Positions 10,396 through 22,800 of a DNA stretch of 64,000 nucleotides are shown one piece after another. A program made the translations under genes and the position numbers. Each line of letters starts with the position of its first letter. Within the stretch, counting starts at the first letter, position 1. Source of the DNA: Curvularia clavata (taxonomy: Eukaryota); the NCBI GenBank assembly GCA_023920165.1, contig CP089275.1, positions 3,410,001-3,474,000 of the forward strand, read 5' to 3'. The notes beneath the pieces were generated by a model. It worked only from the letters and a program-made list of their open reading frames with translations. It was not told where the DNA came from and searched no databases.

Positions 10396-11238
10396 CTACC
10401 GCTTCCTTGTCCGCTTTGGTGCCGGCTTGGGCTTGGAGCGATTGGTTCTCCGAGTAGTTGGCGCGCTGTCTTCCTCAGACTCAACGCTGGACTCTTCTTC
10501 ATCGTCCTCTTCCTCTTCCTCCTCAGCAGACTCAGACACAGTGCTCCGAGGCTTAGCATTTCTTGTGGCACTCGCTGCAGGCTTGGAGCCCTTTCCGTTT
10601 TTTGCAGTCCTGGTAGCCCTTGTGCTTTTGGTATTCTTTGATGTAGGAGTTGCCTCTGTCACACTCTCCGCCTTTTGTGAGCGCACGCCGTCAGGCAGGT
10701 CTTTGAGTAGGCCAATTCCTGGGGCATACATGTCCTTGAATTCGTCTGTGGGGATCATGGGCGGCGAGGAAGCTACGGCCGAGCCTGGGCTGTGGAAGCG
10801 CTTCTGCCACATCAGCTCGCCAAAGTCGTCTTCGGGCAGTTCAAATTCAGGCAGATTGACGGCATCTTCGGGGTCGAGCGGGTCTGGATCCTCAGAAAAG
10901 GCGAATTCGTTCTCGCGCGTGTCGAGCGCATCCAGGTCGTACCATTGCGACAACTTTTTCCATATGCCTGGGATGCGCGTATGGGGTGCGTCTTCGCCGG
11001 CGAAGCCATGGGAGCGCATATCGGTATGAATACTAATCATGCGAAAGTGCTTGTGTAGGCCCGTCGGCTTCCACTTCATCATGCTCTTGAGCAGCTGCGT
11101 CTCCTGCTCGTCGGCCCACGGGTCGCTGAGAAGCTCATCTTGCGACTGCACGGCGCCCGAATCCTGAGGCGTCTTTGGTTGCGTGTCGCCAAGCGGAGTC
11201 GAAGCTGCGCTGGCCTTTGCCTTCTTTCGGGGAGGCAT
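10396..11238 (-). CDS. EAF7: NuA4 histone acetyltransferase subunit Eaf7 (CT20/MRGBP family)
   Basis: DPWADEQETQLLKSMMKWKPTGLHKHFRMISI..HTRIPGIWKKLSQWYDLDALD, followed by an acidic/basic low-complexity tail. Confidence 0.9.
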   Translation of the reverse strand: MPPRKKAKASAASTPLGDTQPKTPQDSGAVQSQDELLSDPWADEQETQLLKSMMKWKPTGLHKHFRMISIHTDMRSHGFAGEDAPHTRIPGIWKKLSQWYDLDALDTRENEFAFSEDPDPLDPEDAVNLPEFELPEDDFGELMWQKRFHSPGSAVASSPPMIPTDEFKDMYAPGIGLLKDLPDGVRSQKAESVTEATPTSKNTKSTRATRTAKNGKGSKPAASATRNAKPRSTVSESAEEEEEEDDEEESSVESEEDSAPTTRRTNRSKPKPAPKRTRKR

Positions 11239-11414
11239 TTTCGGCGAGTGAGTTGGCGCGACAATGTGGTGGGCGAAGGACGGGGAGTGACAGAGTAAAG
11301 CAATGCGACGAGCACTTAGTACGCGACGCGCAGCTGCGTGGGGCTGGGCCGCCAGAACTTTGGCGCGTTATGCCCCTCACCCCCGACACTACCGTCGACG
11401 CCCCCGCCGCTGCC

Positions 11415-14252
11415 ATGGATGCGGGCCATGCAACTCACGATGTCTTCGCCAGCGATCGCCTGTGGGAGCAGCCCTCCTTTTTTGACGTGACGGAGCTGCA
11501 AGACTCGTCTCTTTTCGCCCCGCTGCAACTAGATAGTGAGCCGTCGCGTCTCTATTGTACCATCCATGTGAACGCGTCTTGTTGACCTGCCGCAGTCGCC
11601 GCCATCCGATTCGACCACCCATACGCTCCCAAACATGATCTCGACCGTGAGCTGCGATTGCCAGACCTTGAAACATTCGAGTTTGGGCCTCTGCCAGACC
11701 TTGACGCTCTCGATGAATCCAGCATCGTCATCGAAACTCCGCCTTTAGAGCCCGACGAAGATATCTGGCAGATAGCCCTTGATCAAGGACCCGCCAACAA
11801 GGACGTCTTGTTCCACACATGGGAGTCTTTTGAGACCAAACAAAATGTCAAAACTCCATCGCCATATCTGAGCGAACAGGGGCCCGCGGCGTTCGATGCC
11901 GCGCTGGTATGTGACCCAGAGAAACGCAGTGCTGGGAGGGTATTTAAAGCCGAAATTCTCCTACAATCGCTCTGGAACCTTGGACTCGGCCGATCGTCTA
12001 TACTCTTCCGCTTCAACTCCCAAACGAAATCCTTTGAACCGACCATTGGCGACGGGCGAGCGTCTGGACTGAGTTTACCAGCTGCGCAGAGCCTAATCAC
12101 CCATTTTATCCGCACTGGCAATACATTTTTATATCTACGATCTTTTGCAGAGCGTACTTTTGCTTCGGCTGAATCTATACCCGCAAAGGTTGCCCTCGCC
12201 ACGTCTGTATCAAGCATTCTCGCCAGCCTGGAAGATGCGTTGGGGAAACAATCTTCCAAGATTCGATCCTTGATGCAACTGCAGCACCATTTCGCCAAGC
12301 CTCGGAATATTCTGATACACGTTGCGCGCCTTGTGGATGCCGTCAAGCACGCAAAGACCAACGAGCAGCTGTCTTCTATCTTGCATCACCGTCTCCTAGA
12401 GACAGAAGAAGGTGATGACCAACTCCGTCGGCTATCATGTCAATTGCTTTGCCATGTAGCTAGGCCGAGCCTGGAGCTGCTGAGCGAATGGATTGGCATA
12501 CGAAAAGAGCAAGAAGCATTGCCTATTTGGCAGCGCGACAGCTTCGTTACGCTTGAAGACCCTTCCCCCGATACACCAGCGGCCGAATATACCTACAGGT
12601 CGGAAATGATGCCAAGGTTCATATCCCCCGAAGATGGCAATACGATATTTGAGACTGGAAACAGTCTTCGCTTTCTGAAGACACAGCACCCACATCACCC
12701 ACTCGCTCGCTTAGATGGATTGGCTGTTCAACCCCCGGATTTGGAATGGACTTTTCAGTGGCAGGACATTGAGAAGTTGGCATCAAAAGCAAAAGACTAT
12801 GAGGAGAGGCTAAGACAAGCACTACTCGCTTTTGGAGATGGCCAACCCGATGCTGTTGATTCTCTTCCGGGCCCATCTGCATTGCCACCAGCCACAGAAG
12901 TACCAATCGACAATGAACATCTCAACCGATATTTCGAAGAATCCATCCAGAAGATGGACGCAGCGCCCAAATGGCCTTCTGAAACTCTACCTGATGAGCT
13001 ACATCTGCTCATGGAAAGCATTCTTGATACGACGAGCAAGAACGATGACGCAGTCTCCAATACATTCTCTCCACCCATGTCTCTCGCATCCACACTGTCC
13101 TTCCGGCCGCTCATCACAGCACAAGCCAAGCTAGTGAATGCAGCCACAGTTCGTCTTTTCTTCCGTTCCCACCAACTGCGCCATCATCTATCCCTACAGC
13201 GGCAATACCACCTTCTTGGTGACGGTGTCTTCTCGTCGCTGCTTGCTACCGCTCTCTTCGACCCTAATCGTGAAAGCGCCGAGCGACACAAAGGAAGAAT
13301 GCGTAGCGGCGTTCAAATGGGCTTGCAGTTGGGCTCTCGCAAATCATGGCCGCCGGCGAGTTCAGAGCTCCGATTAGCCCTGAGAGGGGTTCTTAGTGAG
13401 AGCTACTACTCTTCTGCGCTCTTCCAATCCACATTGGAAGATGGCGAGACACATATACCCAAAACGCATTTGCACAACCGCGACAATGACGAGCTCCCGG
13501 GGCAGCTCAACTTTGCTATTCGAAACCTTACAGAAGCAGAGCAAGAGAAGGTCATGGATCCGGATGCCTTGCCTGCGTTGGATTTTTTGCGTTTGCAGTA
13601 TGTGGCACCTCCCCCGTTGAACCTCGTCATCACAACTGCTGCGCTCGACAAGTATGACCACATATTCAAGTTTCTACTGCGACTCTTGCGAATGCTCTTT
13701 GTAGTTTCGCATCTGCCGCGCGAATATGCCGACTCAGAGTCTCGATACTTGAGGACGGAAGCTTACCATTTCGTGGTTACACTGACCAACTATGTCTTTC
13801 AAACTGGGATTGCTGAGCCCTGGAATGAGTTTGACCGTTTCGTCTCCAAAGTTGAGAGGCGTCTCGACCAGGAAGACGCAGCTGGTGAGCTTGGTGTGCG
13901 CGTTACTGAAGGCGTCGCCTCCTTGCGTGACGCCCATGAAAGATGTCTAGACGGTATCCTCTTTGCACTTTTGCTCCGCAAGCGCCAGCGGAAGATCATC
14001 GCACTTGTAGAAGAGATTTTCGAGCACATTCTCCTATTTGCCAAGATGCAAAACGCAAAAACAGGCGAGAATGAGGAAAGCGTCAAAAGCCTATACGCAA
14101 AGATGAGAGGAAAGATCCGCGTGTTTTTGAGTGTTTGTCGGGGCCTGACGGGTAAGCAAGGTTATGGCAAAGGCAGAGGCACGGCGGAGGAGAACTCGGT
14201 GGAGAGGCTTGTTGTTGCTATGGAAATGAATGGGTACTTTGCCGCAGCATGA
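11415..14252 (+). CDS. Gamma-tubulin complex component (Spc97/Spc98 family), GCP6-like
   Basis: Exon 11415-11535, intron 11536-11595, then a long exon. GRIP-type motifs HLLGDGVFSSLLATALF, WPPASSELRLAL and LRLQYVAPPPLNLVIT..YDHIFKFLLRL. Confidence 0.85.
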
Positions 14253-16125
14253 AGAACTAGAGGGTAGATAAAAAGAATACACAGGAAGTACTTAATTTGG
14301 GCATGAAGAGGAGTTGACGAATCTGAATCTTTTTTTGGTGTTAACTTCGGACCGGACCAGCATGCAGTGGAATACGGTGCATACACGGTACCATGCAGAA
14401 GCTTGTTGCTTGACCGGTGCACTAGTCTACGTTACTGGGAACGAGAGATCAGCATTTTTTGGTATGTGATGCATTATGACGCTGGTTGTTGTTTACTCTT
14501 GATAGTGGTTAAGAACCGCTTCGTACGGGACCAGATCCCTGACAGGTTGCTCAAACCTAATCTCCAGATTTGGGATCAGCATGCCTTCTAAGGAACGGCA
14601 CAAGATGCGCCAATAGTCTTCGATTTAATTCACGATCTGGGTGGCGGCTAATGGGGTGACTGCTATCTGGCCTGTGTCCTGATAGTTAGCGTGTGTCTTG
14701 CAACAACCTTCGCTGAATTAAGTTTGAGACCGAAGCTTGAGGAGTTGTCAAGTATGTCGCAGCACCAACATGATTGATTGGGTAGTCGGTCCTCGGTAGA
14801 CAATCCTCTTCGCTCATACAGAGCCGAGAAGGTTCCATCTGCCTTGCATTTACTGCCTTGCTTCCTCTCGCTATCTAGGTATGCATCACCAGGCCGCAAG
14901 TCCGCCATTTCTGGACTGAATTGCATTTGCAACTCATTGTAAGGAAATTGCGTGGACCTATGAAATCACAAATTTGAATACTAGTAGTGTTCAAGATACA
15001 CCCGGAATGAGGAACAAAGATAAAAATTCACCTTCTTTTATTATTCCAGAAAAAGGGTCAAAAATCGATCATGGCCGTCAGCAGAGAGATATCTTTCTCG
15101 GGACGAGATTTCCACCGGATAGAGCATGAAATTCTAAAGCACACGGGTTTCCATACTCAGAGTCGGCTTATACACACTTCTATACCTATTACATGCTCAA
15201 TCTTCTGTCGGTGCTGGAGCGTCGCTTCTAAGTTGCAGCCAGGTTGTGCGAAATGACTAAAGCACGAATTCGCATTCTATCGCCTGTCAACTGCAAATTT
15301 GAATGTATCTAATTTGCGGGAACCAACGCGCCCTGCATGGGAAGGCAACATGCTGTTCGCTAATAGCTTGCCCAATAAGACCATAAAGCATAGCAACCGC
15401 AGGTCGGACGAGTAGATGCTTTGACGGGTGACGGGTCAGCTAGCTTCGCATGTTGCAAGCTTAGTCCTTGCTCAACTCATCCAGACCTGTGCTAAGTTCG
15501 TGTGAACAAATAATTCGTTCATATCTAGATGGCCTTTGCCATCTCCCATAGACTAGTCCGCCACATCATTAGTGGCGGAGATACTCCGACAAGCAACTTT
15601 CACCTTTTCGATAAAGCGGAGCCCCTCTCGATATACACTGATGAGGATAAGCTATCGCACATTGTTTATTCGTAGTTTCTGAACGACCCAGCAATATCTC
15701 ACATTGCCCAAACCCAAAGGTCCAGCCCCTTAGTATATTGAACTTAAGCTTTCAATTTAAAAGGTGACACCTACAGGCGTCCCGTGGCGCTCGCTTGATC
15801 TAGAAACATGCAGGCGAAAGTTAATTGAAATGCACAGCCTAGGTGTTTAGTATGCGGGGGCTTAAGGCCAACTTTAGGAACATGCGAAACACTCCACAGG
15901 CACCCCTTTCGGACGCTAGTATAAGTAGAACTTTATTTCGCTACCACGTAGTAGCACTTGAGTCGTCAAGTTCATAAGTAAAGGAATTTCACCATGCATC
16001 AGTAATCAGGAGATTTTTCACAGTCATTTATTATCCTTTAACAAAGTTACCAACTGACAGCCGTTTCTCAGAGCGATAACGATCCTTTCAACTATCTACA
16101 GTATAGCGTTTCCTAATATTTAACA

Positions 16126-16829
16126 ATGCCCGCCTGCAAGAGGGTCATTGCCCTCTTCCTCTGCATCGTCGCCGCCAAAAGCGATACCACAACGATTGAG
16201 ATTCCAGGTATTGGCATACCCACCACCATATCCACACTGCCGAACGTCGCTGCTTCCATCATCTCCGCGGACTCTACTGCCACTACCTTTAGCATCAAAT
16301 GTCTCGAGGGCAACGACTGTGGCGTCTACCCTAAGCAAACTCAAGTCGTTGGCCCCTCAACATACAGGATAGACATGGAAGATCCCAACCAAGATACATA
16401 CGTCACGGGACGAGTTGAATGTCACGTTTCTAAAAGTGCGATATGCACCGAAAGCTGGAGCGGCTATCAACAAACAACGGGAGCCCGTGTTGTCACTCAA
16501 CCGCCAAACTCTGTCGGCACTGTTGGCTTGTTAATTACGGCTGGCGTGGACAAGTTGGGCGACGCTGGAGCGAAGCCTACTGGAACAATATCAAATAGTA
16601 TGTAGAAGCCCACTGACAGTGTAGAGGAACCCGCTATTCAGACAGGCTCTTATCTGTTCAAACGTTCATCATCTATGGATGCACTAATCGTAATGCAGAT
16701 CGGACCACAGCAATGTCACCAACCTCGACCTACCCACCCAGACCAACTAACGCAGCGAGTGCCAATGCTGTTGTTAGTGGTGGGTTATTAAGCCTAGCTG
16801 CTGCCGTATTCGGTGGACTGTTAGTATGA
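16126..16829 (+). CDS. Predicted GPI-anchored Ser/Thr-rich cell-surface protein
   Basis: Signal peptide and a 4-Cys core. Intron 16598-16698 adds an exon ending PTNAASANAVVSGGLLSLAAAVFGGLLV* (omega site plus hydrophobic tail). Confidence 0.8.
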
Positions 16830-16949
16830 AGGAAGCAACGTCAACGTGCTATTAGATTCCCGAATATACATTTTTCTTAAACAGTCCAATTTGTTCGATT
16901 TTGGCTCGTGTCCATCGAGCACAAATTCACTTATGCTTCAATGATCTTG

Positions 16950-17672
16950 TTATTTGAGCTCTTTAAGCTTCTCCAGCAGCTCATCCATGCTCGAAGCATA
17001 CAAATCAAACTTGCCAAACACATCAGTACAAGGATCGTGCTCTTCGAATGTGAGATATGCTGTCTTGAACCCCACCTTCCTTGCTGCAATAAGATCCCAT
17101 GCATGTGCCGCAACAAACCACCTTTCTCCCTCCTCTTTTCCTAGCCCTCGCTTAGAAAGATGCTGATCCGCGGTTTCGTAGACCTTGACATCTGGCTTCG
17201 CGATCTGGATGGCATCGCAACTCAAAAGATGTTCAGCGTCGAGTTCAATGTCAGCCATCTTGAAGTAGTTCAGTGATGTCTCTACCCCGCCATTCGTTAC
17301 ACCATATACATCCCACCCAGCTGCCTTCAATCCATCGAAACATCTCTTGAGCCCTTCTCTTGGTCCCATGCTTTTGAACGCCTTCATCACCGCTTCGAGA
17401 TCCTCATCGGTGACAGCATCGGTTGGTAGATCTACAACGGTACATGCTCGGCGAAAGGTCGATTTTAGAATCTGTGCAATAGGCACGTACGATCCCGTCA
17501 TGGAAACATATGTAAAGTCGCGCTGCGCAGCGTAGAACCAGGAGAAGAACAATGTTTTTGGATCTACCTCGGCGGTCTTGAGTTTCGGACCCAAGCGAGA
17601 ATGAATGGCTTGGATTGGCGCAGAGAACTCAAAGCAAGTGCCTATCACGTCGAAGGATGCTGACTTCGTCAT
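16950..17672 (-). CDS. HAD-superfamily hydrolase (2-haloacid dehalogenase type II-like)
   Basis: SFDVIGT (motif I), VTNG (II), AKPD (III), WFVAAHAWDLIAARKVGF (IV). Confidence 0.85.
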   Translation of the reverse strand: MTKSASFDVIGTCFEFSAPIQAIHSRLGPKLKTAEVDPKTLFFSWFYAAQRDFTYVSMTGSYVPIAQILKSTFRRACTVVDLPTDAVTDEDLEAVMKAFKSMGPREGLKRCFDGLKAAGWDVYGVTNGGVETSLNYFKMADIELDAEHLLSCDAIQIAKPDVKVYETADQHLSKRGLGKEEGERWFVAAHAWDLIAARKVGFKTAYLTFEEHDPCTDVFGKFDLYASSMDELLEKLKELK

Positions 17673-18117
17673 TTTGGGATCTTTGAAAACAACGATACGA
17701 TCTGTTTGAGATTGTCAAGCTTCGATGAGCTTGAGTTTGAGACACGTCTTATAGAAAGTGAGCAGAGAAGACCTCGGTAGATACTTCGAAGTCCATGTGA
17801 CGTCAGATACCATCAACTAGCCCCTCTTCCATCTCCATGTCCATCATCTACCATGAGTTATACACTCCTCTTCCAGGTCACATGACGCAAGCGGTGGCAC
17901 GTCGGACCATATTCCTGAAGAGTGTTTCGGCCCCCAGCTGCGGCGCATGGGTCGCAAAAGGGTTTGGGGCTGACCGTGGGGCAGAACGTCGCTTACAGGC
18001 TCCCGAGATAGCTGTGCTGTCAAGGTACCAACGTTGAATATCAGCTCAGCCTTTCCATGTCTTACTTCCTTTCAACCTTTCCCTTCCCTCCCCCAAGTCT
18101 TTTGAGTGAAAGAAAGG

Positions 18118-19646
18118 ATGGCTGGCATAACTAAGGCCATTTTCTTCGCGCTCGTAGTAGCGTACAGCGCTTCCTTCTATCAACTCTTCGTCAAGGATCT
18201 TCTTACTATCACTTTCGGTGTCGGGCGGGTAATGCAAAGTATTGATGAATTTCCATTCGATTGTAGGCGCATCGAGCACCCAAGGCTAGAAGCTTGTGAG
18301 GACATCTGGCTTGACAACGAGGGACGCACATTATATGCTGCATGTGCAGGGACTCAGGGCAGGTTGGCTTGGAATCAGGCGTAAGTCACATGATTTTTGA
18401 CTGCAGAAACAGAGAATATAATGTTTGCGTCCGTACTGACATCTAGCAGGATGGGACAGGTAAATGTAACTGGACGTCGACCAGGTGGATCGGAGTTTAT
18501 CGCTCTAGATATCGGCAACCCAGGCGCAGACGGCCTTTTCAACTTCCGTGCTATCAAGCCAACTGGCAACTACAGAGGAGCCACAGGAAACAAGGAACTT
18601 GATCTCCTTGGATTCGACGCCCATGTCTTGGACGACAGCACAATCCAGTTCTACTTTATAAACCAGCGACCTCCAGTTGGACCATCTAACGAGATCATCG
18701 ACGCGACAAAGACGGGTGACAACTCCACCGTCGAGATCTTCGAGATGAGAAGAGGCCAAGACACTATGCGCCATGTTCGAACAATCTTCTCGAGTGAAAT
18801 CTGGACACCGAACCGCATTGCAGCATTAGGAGATGGCTCGGGTGCTTTTCTTCTGACGAATGATCACTCCAAGAAAGTTGGCTCAGTAAGTTGGAAACAC
18901 ACAAATTCCGGGATATCGTCTATACAGAAGAAACTAACCAAGAAACCCTAGACCCGACAGCTCGACTACTTCCTCGGTGGCGGAAACGTCGCCTACTGCT
19001 CTGGCTCCGGAGACTGCCATGCCGCCTACTGGGGTAACGAGATGGACGAAACCCTTCTTTCCCGCCGCACCCCCAACCCCCTCCATCAACACCCCTATGT
19101 GCAGCCCCTTCTCAGCCTTCTTCCCCGTCCCAAGCTGAAATTCCCCAATGGTCTTACCCGAGGCTTTGACGGTCTCTATTATGTCCCCAGCGCAATCGAC
19201 GGCCAAGTCCGCGTCTTCGCCCTGCAGCCTTCTAACCACACCCTCCGCCTCCTCGATACCATCCATGTCGGCATGCCGGTCGACAACATATCTCCCGACG
19301 CAAACGGCGACCTGTATGCAGCCGCATTCCCCAATCTAGTTCAAGCAGGCAAGGGGTTTGCAGACCCGTACAACGAGATCTCGCCTGTGACGATCTGGCG
19401 CATTAGGAAGACGGTGGATGAGCGGGATGGCGTGGTCAGGAGCGTGGATTATAGGGTTGAAAAGGTGCTGGAGGATCGCGACTCAAAGGTGCTGAGTGGA
19501 AGTACGACAGTTAGGCACGATGCCAAGACTGGTCGACTTTTTGTCAGTGGTAAGTTGATAGTGGCGAAGACATGGTGTGAGGATGATATGCTAACGTATA
19601 TACAGCTGCGGTCCATCCTTTCCTCGTGGTGTGTGAGCCACGCTAG
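18118..19646 (+). CDS. Paraoxonase/arylesterase-family beta-propeller hydrolase
   Basis: N-terminal signal anchor, LEACEDIWL, NSTVEIFE, TPNRIAA, FLLTNDH, FPNGL, PVDNISPD. Introns 18381-18449, 18886-18951 and 19550-19605. Confidence 0.85.
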
Positions 19647-19821
19647 TTGGCGATATCGATTCAAGGAATGTGAAGTACGTCTCATGCGATGATCATGCAG
19701 ACATTGGTTGCGAAATCACGCGAATCATCAGGGTTTGGAAATTGACAATTGAGCGGAGAAAATGACAGTCGTGCTCCTAGATTACTGCGTCTAAATAGGT
19801 GATATTAGGTACTTCCCCTCT

Positions 19822-22800
19822 TCATCCCCGCTTGACCAGACCCTTTGCCTCGGCCATTGCAACCATCTCTTCATTCTTCTTCCTCTGCGCCTGCAGCTCC
19901 TCCTCCTTCTTCCTTGCGTTCTCCCTCTCCAACTGGTCTGGACGCCTGACGGCAATATCCTTGGGCTTGTTATCCGAGAAGAAGTACTTAAGGCCCTTCT
20001 CAATGATGTAACAGGCGATGAAGTCAAACGCCATGATAGTGGTGATCATGATCTTAAAGTCGGAGGTGAAAGGCACAAGCTTGAGCTTCTCGTTAAGCTC
20101 AGGAATGAATTCGGTAGCACAAGAGAAAGCGACACCAGAAACTGAGACAAGACCCCAGTACATGCCCTTGTTCTCACGAATGGACTCACGGAAAGGACGG
20201 CCTTGATAGTTGATGGCGAAGGTGGAGATCTGCTGAATGAGCTGCAGGAGGTAGATGGCTGAGTTAAGGAGCGATGGCTCGAACTCCTTCTCGAGGTCCG
20301 GGTTGGGATCCTTGGGCTCAACGCGTTGTACGTATTGGCTGACGTAGATGAGAGTAATGATGTGGATAGCAAACTGGCCCAACACAGATCCAATGATGTA
20401 GGTATTGAAGATGTTGGACTGTGGGCGCTCCTTTGACAGAGCTTCGACAGTCTTTGCGCGAGAGATGGAGAGGAAACAAACACTCATCATCATCCCCGAA
20501 ATGGTGACTTGGCCATCACCAAACTTGATGCCATCGAGGTAGAGAACTGATAAGCTGTAGGCGGAGATCAAACAGTTGAGGGCAAGAATCTTGTACATCT
20601 GAATCGTAGCAACGAGCGTGCAACGACCTTGACGGATGATGTTGGGAATGGCGACGACATTGGCAAGCTTGGATGTAAAAGGTGCGGCAACAGACGCATC
20701 GCCGAGCTTGATGGTCGGGGGTTCGCCGGCTAGCTCTTCCAATTCCTGAGCCATCATCTTTTCTTGCATTTGCTGGGCAAAGTTGGCCGCAGCCTGAGGA
20801 GGCTGGACCTGACCAGGCTGCTGTTGAACAAGAGTACCAGTAGAAGCAGATCCGTTCGCAACACCGTTGGCAGCAGGAAGAAGGCCCTTCTTCTTGGCCT
20901 GGGCCTCCATTGCTTTCTCGTAATGCGGGTTGGTCGGGCCTGGCGGGTACAGATGAGCAATCATGACAGGAACAGGAGGTGAAGGTTGGTTGAAGCGCTG
21001 CATCAGATTGCACTGCTTCTCGTAGACATTCTTCATCTGTGTGTTGCGGAAGTGTTCACCAATCTTGTCAAGATCCTCGCGGGTACCGTTAAGAAGAGCA
21101 ACACCGATGTGAGCCTGCTTCAGAGCACCAACATCGTTGGTACCATCACCAGCCATGAGGGTAGTGTAACCTCGGTCCTTCAGACCAAGGAGGATCTCTT
21201 CCTTTTGTTTTGGTGAGACACGCGCGTAAACCCAAGTGTATCGCAGAATCTGATTCCATCCAGGCTGGCCGGAGAATTTAGAGAGCGCGTATCCAGTAAG
21301 ACAGATATCCTTGGTCTTCAGGATCTCATCGTCTAGCGGCTTAGTTGGATCAACGGGAATGCTGATTTTATCGTCGACGCTTCGCCACACAAGCTTCTCA
21401 CCAGAATCGTCGTTTTCAGGTGCGTCAAGGATGTAACACTCACGATCGACAATCTCGACCTGCTTGGCGACATGGACAGCGGTAAGAGGGTTGTCACCAG
21501 TAATCATGACAACACGGTGGCTGGACTCGTTTAGAGCGCGGACAGCCTCGATAGCGTCAGGCTTCAGGGGACATTGAAGTACGAGGAAACCGGCGAAATG
21601 TAGGTCGGATTCAACCTGTTCGCGCTTGAGATCATTGATGCGGTTCTGGCCCCATTCTCCATCCTCAGACAGGAACTTGTATGCCAAAGCCAAGACACGG
21701 CCGCCATTACGAGTAAAGTGCTTGAAGGTCTCTTCGTAGTGAGGAGGTGTGTTGACCAACATCTTTCGGATAGTTTCAGGCGCACCCTTGACTGCAGCGA
21801 TTGTGCTCTTAACCTTGCGTCCGTTCTTGTCGTTGACGAGGACAGTGGCGACGGAGCTCTGGCGCTTGAGAGCAGACGAGAATTGGAAGCGACGGCGAAT
21901 TTGGACGAGTTCAGCGTGGGACTTGGCGGTAGTTGATGTGGCTTGTAGAGTATCCTTGGCTCCAAGCTTCCAGCCAAGGGACTGAAGGGTAGCCTTCTCC
22001 ATGGGCTCACCTACAGTCTCGCCGTCATCGAGCTTAACCAGAGCGTGTGCGGCAGCGAGTACCAGTGTTGTCTCAGTACCGACATCGGTAACTTTTGTGA
22101 GATCCGTGTGCGCACCATCTGGTGCAACCGTAGCGCCCTTCTGTCCTAAGGAAAGTCCAGCAATGCCGTCAACAACCAAGTCTTCACCAGTCAAGGTACC
22201 GGTCTTATCGAAGCAGGCCACGTCGACCTGACCGGCAAAGGGAATACGGAATGGCTCAGTACAGAAGATGGCGTACTTGCTCAGTGCGGCAAGAGAAGTA
22301 TTGACAGCCAAGCTGAGTTCCATGGGAAGTTCAGGAGGTACGACGCTCGTAACGATAAGAACACAGTCGAGGAGGAGCTTGTTACGTTGACGGTCTAGCC
22401 TCACACCCTCTTGCCATACGTACCAGGAGGCAGCCAAAGCGAAAACGGTAAGGAAGAGAATGAAGAACAGAGCTTCAACGTTGTTTGCGGAAACACGCTC
22501 GGTAGCGAATATCATGGTCCTGACAAGGCTTCCCTGATTGGTCTCGAATCCAGTCTTGATCACAATAGCAACAGCACCCTTATCTGGAGGCGGAGGAACA
22601 CCAGACGAAAGCTTTGGGACGACGCCACCATCTTCCTCAATGTTGCTTCCATGCGAGACTTGGAGGACCTTGGTACCACCCCAGAGGAATGAGTTCTTGT
22701 CCAGACCCTCAGGCTCAATGCGCGCATCGCCAGGTCGCAGTTGTATCGATTCCTTGAGCACCGGAGTACTCTCTCCTGAAAGCATGGCTTCGTTGACAAT

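Noticed and set aside
15650..16050. TpA-rich intergenic DNA suggesting a RIP-mutated transposon relic
   Set aside because: No terminal repeats or transposase remnants are seen. The composition is compatible with ordinary promoter DNA, and RIP indices were not computed.
18444..18449. TAGCAG tandem acceptor in paraoxonase intron 1
   Set aside because: It would change only one residue. Such acceptors are common and I see no evidence of function.
6336..19646. Lyase, flavoprotein, HAD hydrolase and paraoxonase as a secondary-metabolite cluster (LolT-like)
   Set aside because: There is no backbone enzyme, and the genes are interleaved with housekeeping EAF7 and GCP6.
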